From NCBI GenBank assembly GCA_951406725.2, contig OX597842.1, positions 20,026,001 through 20,090,000 on the forward strand: a stretch of 64,000 nucleotides of DNA, in the 5' to 3' direction. Below are positions 35,641 through 48,626 of this stretch, in pieces. Every line of letters begins with the position of its first letter. Within the stretch, counting starts at the first letter, position 1. Made by a program: the position numbers and the translations under genes. Under the pieces are notes generated by a model, which did no database searches, had not been told where the DNA came from, and saw nothing but the letters and a program-made list of their open reading frames with translations. The DNA comes from Octopus vulgaris. Taxonomy: Eukaryota.

Positions 35641-37247
35641 CCTTTGGGAAAAGACCAAAGTCTTTATGTATACATATATATATATATATTATATGTACAT
35701 GTAGAGGTAGGTACGTACATATGTTTTATTTTATTTATTAATATATTATATATATATGTATATATACATAAGTTCAGCAAAAATTTAGATTCAAATGAAT
35801 ATGGTACTTATGCACCAGAATTTTGTATGGTGTTATCCATAAAAATTTGCGGGGTGATTATAATCAAAAATAAGCAACAAGAATGACTCTGGTAATTTGG
35901 TACAATTGTTTCGCACTACAACATTCTATTAAAAGTGGTTGGACTTCACCACCTCATATGTTCTTAAAATTTAAATCCACATCTTTGTATATCTACCTTC
36001 GCTATAATGTTGCCACTTGATTTGAAAGCTTTTGTATTAATGGAAAACCTATATAATTGGCTGATGAGCACTCAGCATCTTAAATCTGTTGAAATACTTA
36101 CAGCATTTAATAAAATGATGTAGTGCAAAGCACTTGTACCACATTACCGGAGTCATTCTTGTTGCTTATTTTGATTATATATATATGTGGAGGCGCAATG
36201 GCCTAGTGGACTCGCAGGATCGCGGTTTCGATTCCCAGACCGGGCGTTGTGAGTGTTTATTGAGCAAAAACACCTAAAAGCTCCACGAGGCTCTTGCAGG
36301 GGTGGGGGGTGATCCCTGCTGTACTCTTTCTCCCACTCTTCTGTCGGCCTGCTCGCTTAGCCAGCGGGGTGGCGTCCTTCGAAGGCTAAAACAATGCGAA
36401 CACATTGTGACCAGCGATATGTAACTACATCTGATGGTTTGGTCGGTCACGTGATCACATATACACATATATATCTATATATATAGAGAGAGAGTTTACG
36501 AAAATAACCAAAAGACGAAGACAGGTGGTGTACAAAACAAACAGTTGTATTAGTATAATGCTTAGGAATAGAAAAAGTCTTTTACGTTTCGAGCCTACGC
36601 TCTTCTACAGAAAAAACAAGGAGGGAAAAAGATGTGTGTAGTGGCTAACGATCTATCATGGGGACGGCCATATATATATACATACATACATACTTTTATT
36701 AAAGCTGCAAATTTATCACAAAACTGTTAATCTGAGTGTCAGGTTTGCATTCAAGAGACAGGTGTGATGGAAACATTTCATTCCAACTGTCCAACAGACA
36801 AGAACATGAAACTCTGAGAAACAGTTTTGTAATAATTGGACAAACATTAATAGAATTTTTTATTCATTCAGAAATTATCTTAAATGGAATATATATATGA
36901 ATATTATGAAAGAACAGCTTTTATTAAAAATATCAGAATTGATGAGGATATATAAAAATATAGTGTTAGTAAGTTGTTATAACATGCTGTTATATCTTCT
37001 TTATCATCTGGATATATTTATTGTTATATAAGATATTCCTTTCAACAAATGACTTTTGATATTGATACAGTCACTCTTCTCTATGATGATAAAGATATCT
37101 GTAGTTAATTGTCTTTTTTCAGAGAAGGATATACCACAGAATCAGTTACATGGTTTCTCTTCCATATCAATGTGTGTCTGTGTTTATCTAAGAGATTTAT
37201 TTGAGAGAACCATTCACCACAAATATCACAATGACATGGTTTCTCTC

Positions 37248-37934
37248 CTAATGAATGAGTCTGTGAGTGGTCAAGTGATCTATTTCAGAGAATGATTCAC
37301 CACAGGTGTCACAATGATGTGACTTCACCCCTGAATGAACACCTTTGTGTCTACTTAAATGTCCCTTTTGAGTGAATGATTTACTGCAGATATCACAGTG
37401 GTAAGGTTTCTCACCTGTATGGATAAATCTGTGAGTGGATAAGTCACCACTTTGAGAGAATGATTTATCACAGATATCACATTGATATGGCTTTTCACCT
37501 GTATGAGTACGTTTATGTACAATTACACCACTTTTGTGAGTGAATGATTTACCACAGATATCACACTGAAATGGTTTCTCTCCTGTATGGATAACCTTGT
37601 GAGCAGCTAAGTTACCATCTCGAGAGAATGATTTACCACAGATATCACACTGAAATGGTTTCTCTCCTGTATGAATACGTTTATGTACAGTTACAGCACT
37701 TCTTCGAGCAAATGTTTTACTGCAGATATCACACTGATATGGTTTCTCCCCTGTGTGAGTAAGTCTGTGTGTATCCAAGTTAAATTTCATGGAGAATGAT
37801 TTACCACAGATATCACAGTGATATGGTTTCTCTCCTGTATGAGTAAGTTTGTGAGTAGCTATGTAACTCTTTAGAGAGAATGATTTACCACAGATATCAC
37901 AGTCGTATACAGATTTTCCTCTTTCTTTTGGCAT
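37248..37934 (-). CDS. C2H2 zinc-finger protein, 8 tandem fingers
   Basis: MPKERGKSVYDCDICGKSF...; TGEKP linkers; ATG at 37934 (an upstream exon cannot be excluded). Confidence 0.85.
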   Translation of the reverse strand: MPKERGKSVYDCDICGKSFSLKSYIATHKLTHTGEKPYHCDICGKSFSMKFNLDTHRLTHTGEKPYQCDICSKTFARRSAVTVHKRIHTGEKPFQCDICGKSFSRDGNLAAHKVIHTGEKPFQCDICGKSFTHKSGVIVHKRTHTGEKPYQCDICDKSFSQSGDLSTHRFIHTGEKPYHCDICSKSFTQKGHLSRHKGVHSGVKSHHCDTCGESFSEIDHLTTHRLIH

Positions 37935-40010
37935 CTCTGCAGCTAAAACTAACAAAACTCCAAGATTCTCACACAATTCCTCTTTCTGTAATTTTTTTCT
38001 TCAACAAAATGGTCTGGAAATTTCATTTCTTCTTGTTTCTATATTTTATTCCTAACAAATGTTACAACTGCCATATTTTTATCAAATATAAGCTTTGCTG
38101 ATATCTTAAGATGTTGCAAATGTCTTTGTAAATTTATCCAAGTTTATTCAGAATCCAAATTTAGGTTTTACCCATTTCAGAGTGAATCCAAGAAATTTCA
38201 CCAATAATGTCACTCAGAAGAAATATTTTACTGAAATTCACAGTTAATTTACATAAACAGGGTTCTTATATCCAGTTCTGTGTAACATCGTCTTCAAAAT
38301 ATGATAAATATTGATGACGCTTCTGCAGTAAATTTCCTCTGATATTCTGAAATAAGAGAGAAACAACAGTTTAACACAGAGTGTAGCTTTGGTTATGACA
38401 AAGGCTTGGTGTTCATTTATATACGACATTTACTGCTACAATGATAAATCTCATTTAAGAAACAGATTGGGTTTATTTACATTTCTGAAGAGAAAAAGGG
38501 ATCTTTTCGGTTTGACCGGCAGTTTTTTCTAGTGGTGTCATATGAAATTGTCACCCATAATTATGACCCTAGTATCAATCTATTGCATTTCAATCTGTTT
38601 TAGGGTTAGGAGTGGGGGGAAGGGTAATTTTCTTTTTTTTTCCACAAATGTAAATAAACCCAATCTATTTCTTAAACGAGGGACATATTCATACTGCCTT
38701 TAGGCAGTACAAAAACAACAAAAAAGTGGAAGGTGCAGTTATGACAAAAGAAAAGCAGGACAAAAACGATGCATGCAAATGGGTTGGCTGGAGGTAAATC
38801 TAGATGGAAAAGCATGATAAATTTATGAGAACCCGCTGGGACATTAATATATATATAATTATAATAAAGGGTTATTTGCAACAAGTTGCTTAAACCACAT
38901 ACCGAAAATATTAGAAATAGCAGCCAAATAGGCTACTATTACTATTACTACAAAAATAAGTCTCCACAAACAACAGTATTTGCAACCCAAACAACAGTAT
39001 TTGCAACCCGTATATGGTAAAAGGAATGAAGACAACGAAATCACACAGTCTACTTTATATATATATATATACACATGAGCAAAATACCCCCTCCTCCCGG
39101 CCGTCCAATGGAATGTGCTGAGTTGTCAAACATTTAAACCAAATTTTCTCAAGATAACTTGTCCGACCGCTCCATAGGCCTCCCCTTTGAGAAACACTGA
39201 TTTAACCTAAATTAGGGACACCAGCAAAAGAAGAAATAAAGATAGACTTTTTTTCTATTCCAAAGAAAAACGATTTTATTCACAAAAATATGCAACCGAA
39301 GAGTTTAAAGTACCAGTAATTATAAGGCTGTTGACTGGGAGAACACAAACATGGTTTAAACAGTAAGCTTGGCAGGAAAGAAACGTGCCTTTAAGCAGGA
39401 CAAAAACAACAAAAAATGGAAGGTGCAGTTATGTACAGGTTGACGGAAGAAAACCAGGACAAAAACGGCTTTATTGATCGCATTCTCACCTGGAATATAT
39501 TATTGTAATTTTTTCTCACCTGGAAACGATTTTTGTAATTTTTTCAAAGACTAATACACGCCCTGATACAGTCGGTATCTACAAATCAAATTTAAGTGCA
39601 ATCGGATGGAGGATGCCTGAAATCCAAGAAGACACACAGACAGAACGGATTTTATATAAGAGATTATGAAAAACAGCTTTTATTAAAAATATCAGAATGG
39701 TAGATATTGATGAGTATAAATAAAAAATATAGTGTTTTGTTATAACATGCTGTTATATCTCCTTTATCAGCTGGATATATTTATTGTTATATAAGATATT
39801 CCTTTCAACAAATGACTTTTGATATTGATACAGTCACTCTTCTCTATGATGAGAAATATATCTGTAGTTAATTGTCTTTTTTCAGAGAAGGATATACCAC
39901 AGAATCAGTTAGATGGTTTCTCTTCTATATCAATGTGTGTCTGTGTTTATCTAAGAGATTTATTTGAGAGAACCATTCACCACAGATATCACAATGACAT
40001 GGTTTCTCTC

Positions 40011-42290
40011 CTAATGAATGAGTCTGTGAGTGGTCCAGTGATCTATTTCAGAGAATGATTCACCACAGATATCACAGTGATAAGGCTTTTCACCTGTATG
40101 AGTAGGTTTGTGATTAGTTAATTTAGCTTTTACAGAGAATGATTCACCACAGGTGTCACAATGATGTGATTTCATTCCTGAATGAACACCTTTGTGTCTA
40201 CTTAAATGTCCCTTTTGAATGAATGATTTACTGCAGATATCACAGTGATATGGCTTTTCACCTGTATGAGTACGTTTGTTATTAGTTAATTTAGCTTTTA
40301 CAGAGAATGATTCACCACAGGTGTCACAATGATGTGATTTCATTCCTGAATGAACACCTTTGTGTCTACTTAAATGTCCCTTTTGAATGAATGATTTACT
40401 GCAGATATCACAGTGATATGGCTTTTCACCTGTATGAGTACGTTTGTGATTAGTTAATTTAGCTTTTACAGAGAATGATTCACCACAGGTGTCACAATGA
40501 TGTGACTTCACCCCTGAATGAATACCTTTGTGTCTACTTAATTGTCCCTTTTGAATGAATGATTTACTGCAGATATCACAGTGATATGGTTTCTCACCTG
40601 TATGAGTACGTTTGTGTTTAGTTAAGACAACCTTTAGAGTGAATGATTTCCCACAGATATCACAGTGGTAAGGTTTCTCACCTGTATGGATAAACCTGTG
40701 AGTGGATAAGTCACCACTTTGAGAGAATGATTTATCACAGATATCACATTGATATGGTTTCTCACCTGTATGAGTACGTTTGTGTACAGTTACAGCACTT
40801 CTGTGAGTGAATGATTTACCACAGATATCACAGGAATATGGCTTTTCTCCTGTATGAGTAAATTTGTGAGTAGCTAAGTCACTATTTCGAGAGAAGGATT
40901 TACCACAGATATCACACTGGTAAGGTTTCTCCCCTGTATGAGTAAGTCTGTGCTTACTTAAATTACATTGCAAGGAGAATGATTTACCACAGATATCACA
41001 CTGATGGGGTTTCTCGCCAGTGTGAGTATGTTTGTGTTTAGCTAAGTCACCATTTCGAGAGAATGATTTACCACAGATATCACACTGGTAAGGTTTGTCG
41101 CCTGTATGAGTAAGTTTGTGCGTAACTAAGTAACCGCATCGAGAGAATGATTTACTACAGATATCACAGTGATATGGTTTTTCTCCTGTATGAATACGTT
41201 TATGTATAGTTACAGTACTTCTTTGAGTGAATGATTTACCACAGATATCACACTGATAAGGTTTCTCCCCTGTATGAATAACTTTGTGTGTCACTAAGTT
41301 AACTCTCACAGAGAATGATTTACCACAGATATCACACTGATAAGGTTTCTCACCTGTATGAATAAGTTTGTGTGTAGTTAAGTTACCTTTCAAAGAAAAT
41401 AATTTACCACAGATATCACACTGATAAGGTTTCTTGCCTGTATGAGTATGTCTGTGTTTAGCTAAGGCACCATTTCGAGAGAATGATTTACCGCAGATAT
41501 CACACTGATATGGTTTCTCCCCAGTGTGAGTAAGTTTGTGTGTATCCAAGTTAAATTTCATGGAGAATGATTTACCACAGATATCACAGTGATATGGTTT
41601 CTCTCCTGTATGAATACGTCTGTGACATGTTAAACCACTACAATTAGAAAATGATTTACCACAAATATCACAATGATATGGTTTATCGCCTGTATGAATA
41701 CGTTTATGTACAGTTACAGCACTTCTTCGAGCGAATGATTTATCACAAATATCACACTGATAAGGTTTCTCACCTGTATGAGTAAGTTTGTGTTTAGCTA
41801 AGTTAACTCTCATGGAGAATGATTTACCACAGATATCACAATGATATGGTTTCTCTCCTGTGTGAGTAAGTGTCTAGTCAAAAGACCACTTTGAGAGAAT
41901 GATTTACCACAGATATCACACTGATATGGTTTCTCACCTGTATGAATATGTTTATGTACAGTTACAGCACTTCTGCGAATTAATGATTTACTGCAGATAT
42001 CACAATGATATGGTTTCTCTCGTGTATGAGTAAGTTTGTGTTTAGTTATGTGACAGTTTTGAGAGAATGATTTACCACAGATATCATACTGATATAGTTT
42101 TTGCTCTGTGTGAATATTTCTGTTAATAGTTAGATTAAGTTTATTTTTAATATGATTTACCACAGATATCACAATGATGTGGCTTCTCTCCTGTATGAGT
42201 AAATTTGTGAGTAGCTAAGTTAACTTTCACAGAGAATGATTTACCACAGATATCACAGTCATATACAGATTTTCCTCTTTCTTTTGGCAT
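40011..42290 (-). pseudogene. C2H2 zinc-finger paralog with ~26-27 finger units, disrupted by a stop/frameshift near 42150 and a frameshift near 41865
   Basis: Same N-terminus and flanks as the 37-kb gene, split into ORFs 42147-42332, 41810-42172 and 40011-41813 (600 aa, ~21 fingers; could be expressed from its own ATG). Confidence 0.75.
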
Positions 42291-42812
42291 CTCTGCAGCT
42301 AAAACTAACAAAACTCCAAGATTCTCACACAATTCCTCTTTCTGTAATTTTTTTCTTCAACAAAATGGTCTGGAAATGTCCTTTCTTCTTGTTTCTATAT
42401 TTTATTCCTAACAAATGTTACAACTGCCATATTTTTATCAAATATAAGCTTTGCTGATATCTTCAGATGTTGCAAATGCCTTTGTAAATTCATCCAAGTT
42501 TATTCGGAATACAAATTTAGATTTTACCCATTTCAGAGTGAATCCAAGAAATTTCACCAATAATGTCACCCAGAAGAAATATTTTACTGTAATTCACAGT
42601 TAATTTACATAAACAGGGTTCTTATATCCAGTTCTGTGTAACATCATCTTCAAAATATGATAAACATTGATGACGCTTCTGCAGTAAAATTCCTCTAATG
42701 CCAATGTCCTCTGATATTCTGAAATAATAGAGAAACAACAGTTTAAGACAGAGTGTAGCTTTGGTTATGACAAAGGCTTGGGGTTCATTTATATACAACA
42801 TTTATTGCCACT

Positions 42813-43168
42813 GTTGTATTTAGGAATGGTCATTTTGCCAGTTTAGCCAATAAAAACACACGCACTATATATTTGGTGTTATTTTGCTTCAGTGTTATTT
42901 ATTTTTTACATTAATCTTAATCTTATTTCGGCCAGAGTTCTTTCGTCACACTCATCAGCTGACGGTTAGTAAGGAGAGACACACAAATAAGAAAGAAGAA
43001 AGCAAAGGACCACTGATGCGGTCACAGGAGTGTGATGAAAGAACTCTGGCCGAAAAAAGATTAGGATTAATGTAAAAAATAAATAACGTTGAAGCAAAGT
43101 AACACCAAATATATAGTGCGTGTGTTTTTATTGGCTAAACTGGCAAAATGACCATTCCGAAATACAAC
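42813..43168. repeat. Palindrome (~140-bp arms), Penelope-like, containing a hammerhead-like motif
   Basis: ttgtattt...ttcgtcacactc is mirrored by gagtgtgatgaa...aaatacaa. Confidence 0.75.
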
Positions 43169-43377
43169 AATGTCTGTTTCAACACACAATTTCACATAAA
43201 AAATCTGGCAAAAGGCTTCAGAAAATACAGACTCAATCTTATATGAACATTGTATTTGAGAGGAGTACAAGGCCTTAAACAGATAACATTGTGTAACAAG
43301 ATTTTGGGCCTTGGGTAGCAATTGTTATTTCCTACATGCTTACCCCTAGAAAGTGGAGGCGCAATGGCCCAGTGGAG

Positions 43378-44175
43378 TCAACAGATGATCAAGCAGCTTT
43401 GTATCGCCTTGAAAAGAGTCTAAAAACGGCCAGAGTTGGAAGAATCTCTCAATCATTTCGTAAGTACTGGACCAACAGGATTTATTTCTTTGTATAAGGT
43501 TTGTTTGTTCCTTCTCGAGCCATGCCTGGCTCATAAGGGCCGGTTTCCCAGCTTCCTTGGCGAATAGGTTCCCCACCTGGACGGGACACCGGTCCGTCGC
43601 AGGTGAGCGGGTGAGAGAAAGATGTGGCGAAAGAGTGAGTAGAAGTTTCACCATTACCTTCTGCTGGAGCCGCGTGGAGCTTAGGTGTTTCGCTCATAAA
43701 TACACACATCGCCCAGACTGATATTTGAACCCATGATCCCTCGACCGCGAGTCCACTACTCTAACCATGTGCCTCCACATATATATTTATATATATTCTT
43801 TGTCCCTTCTCGAGCCATGCCTGGCTCATAAGGGCCGGTTTCCTAGGCGTATAGGTTCCCCACCTGGAACCTATACGCAGGTGAGCTGCAAGATGCAGGA
43901 GGAAAGAATAAGAGAAAGTTGTGGCGAAAGAGTCAGCAGAAGTTCGCCATTACCTTCTGCCGGAGCTTAGGTGTTTCGCTCATAAACACACACATCGGCC
44001 AGTCTGAGATTTGAACCCGCGATCCCTCAACTGCAAGTCTGCTGCTCTAACCACCAGGCCATGTGCCTCCACTTTTGTATAAGGTGTAAAGGTGTTTTTT
44101 CCCCAAAGTTTACCCACAAGTTTTAATGATTTTAGCTTGTCCATCAATATATTAATTTTATCAAGCAGAACTTTC
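43378..44175 (-). mobile_element. hAT-like transposase remnant interrupted by a SINE dimer
   Basis: LLDKINILMDKLKSLKLVGKL...LIQRNKSCWSSTYEMIERFFQLWPFL resembles the hAT TRW.STY.M..R region. Confidence 0.55.
43501..44073 (-). mobile_element. Two OR-like SINEs (tail type D) within one 12-bp TSD
   Basis: tttgtataaggt at 43489-43500 and 44074-44085; copies at ~43501-43778 and ~43795-44072. Confidence 0.75.
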
Positions 44176-44239
44176 TGCCTGTCGAGATGAGCAGAAACAG
44201 CTAGATTGAATTAATGAGAGGCACATCCAATCAATGTTA

Positions 44240-45046
44240 TTGATTGGTTGAAATTGCCAAAAATTAACAAATTAAACGACAAATATCTTACAAATTATAG
44301 AATTTTCTCAATAAAGCCAAGAGAAAAAGATGTTTTATAAACACATTCTACCAGTATACGAAGTTTAAAAGTGTTTAGTTACGTGGAAATTATTTTAAAA
44401 AACTGCCGGTCAAACCGAAAAGATCCCAAATATCTTACAAACTATAGAATTTTCTCAATAAAGCCAAGAGAAAAAGATGTTTTATAAACACATTCTACCA
44501 GTATACGAAGTTTAAAAGTGTTTAGTTACGTGGAAATTATTTTAAAAAACTGCCGGTCAAACGGAAAAGATCCAGACATGTATTCCCTTACGGCTGATGT
44601 AGTTTAACTCTCTTTTTTTCAAGGCTTGAGCACCAATTGAAGAATTCAAATTTGATGGCAAAGAATCCAAATTAAATTGAAAACGTCTGTGGCTGTGTGG
44701 TAAGTAGCTTGTTTACCAACAACATGGTTCCGGGTTCAGTCTCTTGGTTTTATTGAGAAAATTCTAGAGTTTGTAAGATATTTGTTGTTTTTTTCTTCAA
44801 TTTCTGCAATTTCAACCAATCAATGACGTCTATTGAGGTGAAACCATTCTGTGCCGTATGAATATGTCCCTCGTTTAAGAAACAGATTGGGTTTATTTAC
44901 ATTTCTAAAGAAAAAAAGATGCCCTTTCCCCCAACCCTAACCCTAAATTAGATTGAAATGCAATAGATCGATACTAGGGTCATAATTATGGGTGACAATT
45001 TCATATGACACCGTTAGAAAAAACTGCCGTTCAAACCGAAAGATCC
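44240..45046. mobile_element. Fragments of the Merlin-like foldback family (also ~38455-38690 and 46853-47025)
   Basis: Two 147-bp units ending gaaaagatcc; further end ctgccgttcaaaccgaaagatcc. Confidence 0.7.
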
Positions 45047-45399
45047 AACAGATTAAATAAGAACAACACACAGTACCTGTTTTTGGTAAACCCCCCCCCC
45101 ATCATACACTTAAAACATCGTTTTACGTTCTTCTAAAAACTTTCAACCGAATTTTTATGAACATTTGTTATAGGATAGGTAGTCGTTTTAGGATCGACTA
45201 GTCACGACTAACTTGTGCGAGTGCGCGCACCGGGACCACTCTTCTTAAATAGTACCAACATCTTAGTTATTCCAATTTTTAAATTCGCATTTACATTGTG
45301 CGAGACCCTTCCGTGTATGGATTAAAACAATTATTTTCCTCCTTCAGTTTCTTTCCGATAATTTACTGAACACACAAAAAAAAAAGTTCAAGTGAATAA

Positions 45400-45608
45400 T
45401 ACTCTCTCTTTACCCTTTTACTTGTTTCAGTCATTTGACTGCGGCCACGCAGGAGCACAGCCTTTAATCGAGCAACTCGACCCCGGGACTTATTGTTTTT
45501 GTAAGCCCAGTACTTATTCTATCGGTCACTTATGCCGAACCGCTAAGTAACGGGGACATAAACACACCAGCAATTCTCAAGCAATGTTAGGGGGACAAAC
45601 ACACACGC

Positions 45609-45651
<43 letters not shown>

Positions 45652-46035
45652 TACGACGGGCTTCTTTTCAGTTTCTGTCTACCAAATCCACTGACAAGGC
45701 TATAGTAGAAGACACTTGCTCAAGGTGCCACGCAGTGGGACTGAACCCGAAACCATGTGGTTTGGTGGGGACAAACAGACACACAAACACATATATATAC
45801 ACCAGCATCGGTTGTCAAGCAATGCTAGAGGGACAAACACAGTCACACACATATATATATACACATCTATACGACAGGCTTCTTTCAGTTTCCGTCTACC
45901 AAATCCACTCACAAGGATTTGGTTGGCTCGAGGCTATAGTAGAAGACACTTGCCCAAGGTGCCACGCAGTGGGACTGAACCCGGAACCATGTGGTTGGTA
46001 AGCAAGCTACTTACCACACGGCCACTCCTGCGCAA
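45400..46035 (-). mobile_element. Rearranged OK-like SINE(s)
   Basis: Family body plus two partial heads. Confidence 0.75.
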
Positions 46036-47023
46036 TACTGACACATTAATGATAAATCTAAAGAGAGATGCCCAGCCAAGGTAGACAATGACAGAATAAA
46101 TATAACACTTACGTATTATATAATAGACCCAGTGTAGAGGAGGAAGATATCACACTAAATCCAAGGTGGACAATGACAGTAAGCAGGTAACATAGAGATC
46201 CAGCAAGGAACAAGTCGCAGTACGTTCAAGCAAGTCAGAAATTAAACCGAGGTCGACTTTGCATTTCGTCCTTTCGGGGTCGATTAAATAAGTACCAGTT
46301 ACGTACTGGTGTCGATATAATCGACTTAATCTGTCTGTCTGTCCTTGTTTGTCCCCTCTGTGTTTAGCCCCTGGTGGGTAGCAAAGAAATAGGTATATAG
46401 GATCCGGCAACGAAGTCGCAGAACGTTGAGGCAGTCAGAACTTTAGCCAAGGAAGCGAATGATGGCTTCGTAAGAAATTCTAGGTTTTACCATGAATGCT
46501 GATTTATATTTTTAAGATCAACGTAGTAAAGAATGCAGGAGATAAATGATTGATATTGTTAATTAGCAATCACGTCTATTAAATTAAATGTTGGCTAATT
46601 ATCTGTTAAACGAACGAGACAAGTAATAATGTAGGCGAGGGTCCATCAACGGCAGGGAGTGAAAAATATTGCGGGAAAACGTACAATGGGGAAGTAACTC
46701 TGCATTTAGAGAATTCTTTAATTCACACCTGGGGTTATTTCGAACTCAGTTAAAATATCCGTTACACGTGGTAGTCCTGGGACTTTTTTTTGGGGGGGGG
46801 GTATTGCCCACAAGGGGCTAAATATAGAGGTTCGGATCTTTTCGGTTTGAACGGCAGTTTTTTCCTAGCGGTGTCATATGAAATTGTCACCCACAATTAT
46901 GAGCCTAGTATCGATGTAATGCATTTCACTTTTTTGTTAGGGTTAGGGTTAGGGGTGGGGGAAGGGTATCTTTTTTTTCTTCAGAAATGTAAATAAACCC
47001 AATCTGTTTCTTAAACGAGGGAC

Positions 47024-47179
47024 ATATGTATATATACATATACATATATATATACATATATACTGGGATAATTGCTTAGTATACATATATATATATACAT
47101 GTACATACACACACACACACATATATATATATACACACATATATATATACACATATATATACATGTACATATATATACT

Positions 47180-47225
<46 letters not shown>

Positions 47226-47340
47226 TATATATATATATATACACACATATATATATATACATGTATATATATATACATATATATATATATATACACACAT
47301 ATATATATATATATATTTACATATACACATATATATATAC

Positions 47341-47373
<33 letters not shown>

Positions 47374-47729
47374 CATATATGCATACATATATATATATAT
47401 ATATACGTACATATATGTATACATATATATATATACATATACTTATATATGTATACATATATGCATACATATATATATATGTACATATATGTATACATAT
47501 ATATATATACATATACATATACTTACATATATATGTATACATATATATATATACATATATATATACATACATATATATGTATACATATACATATATATAT
47601 ATATATATACATATACATACATATATATATACATACATATATATGTATACATATACATATATATATATATATACATATACATACATATATATATATACAT
47701 ACATATGTATACATACATATGTTTACATG

Positions 47730-47783
<54 letters not shown>

Positions 47784-47801
47784 CATATATATGTATACAT
47801 G

Positions 47802-47855
<54 letters not shown>
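47024..47855. repeat. Compound (TA)n/(CA)n microsatellite, ~830 bp
   Basis: Direct inspection. Confidence 0.98.
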
Positions 47856-47858
<3 letters not shown>

Positions 47859-48626
47859 CGTTTGCCAGCGTCGTGTGGCACGTAAAAAGCACCCACTACA
47901 CTCATGGAGTGGTTGGCGTTAGGAAGGGCATCCAGCCATAGAAACAGTGCCAAATCAGACTGGGCCTGGTGCAGCCTTCTGGCTTCCCAGACCCCAGTTG
48001 CACCATCCAACCCATGCTAGCATGGAAAGCGGACGCTAAATGATGATGATGATGATGATGATATATATATATATATATATATATGTAATAAATGTATATC
48101 TGAACCACACTGTTCCAACATGGCCTGGCAGAGGTGTTCAGGTTTTTTACTTTTACCCAGGAGCAGATAGGTCAATTACATCAGACACCATTGTTCAATT
48201 AGTAATTATTTCATTGATCCCCGAAAGATGGAAGGCAAAGTCGACCTTGGCAGGATATGAACCCAGAATGTAAAGACAGATGAAATTCCGATATTTGATG
48301 AGATATCCGACCTCTGCGAATTTCTTAAGATCCCCCCCACCCTCCACACAAACGCACGCAAACACATATTTTCTACATTGTGGTTTTGAGACTTTTTTAA
48401 TACTGATTAGAGATCAATAACTGTTTTATGTTGTCGAGTAAATCAGAATTTGTTGTCTGAAGACATAGAAATAAAATCGAACAAAATATTCAGCAAAAAC
48501 AAAATCCTGGTGTCTGAAATCGAATGAGATATTTCTGTTTCTGAAAGTGAAAGTAATTCAGACAATAACTCAGTGACAAAGAAAACGAACTTGTATCTGA
48601 CTGTAACAAATGTTTGAATACTGTTT

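Noticed and set aside
46949-48010. Long YI/YT-repeat ORFs (up to 289 aa)
   Set aside because: Translation of a (TA/CA)n microsatellite
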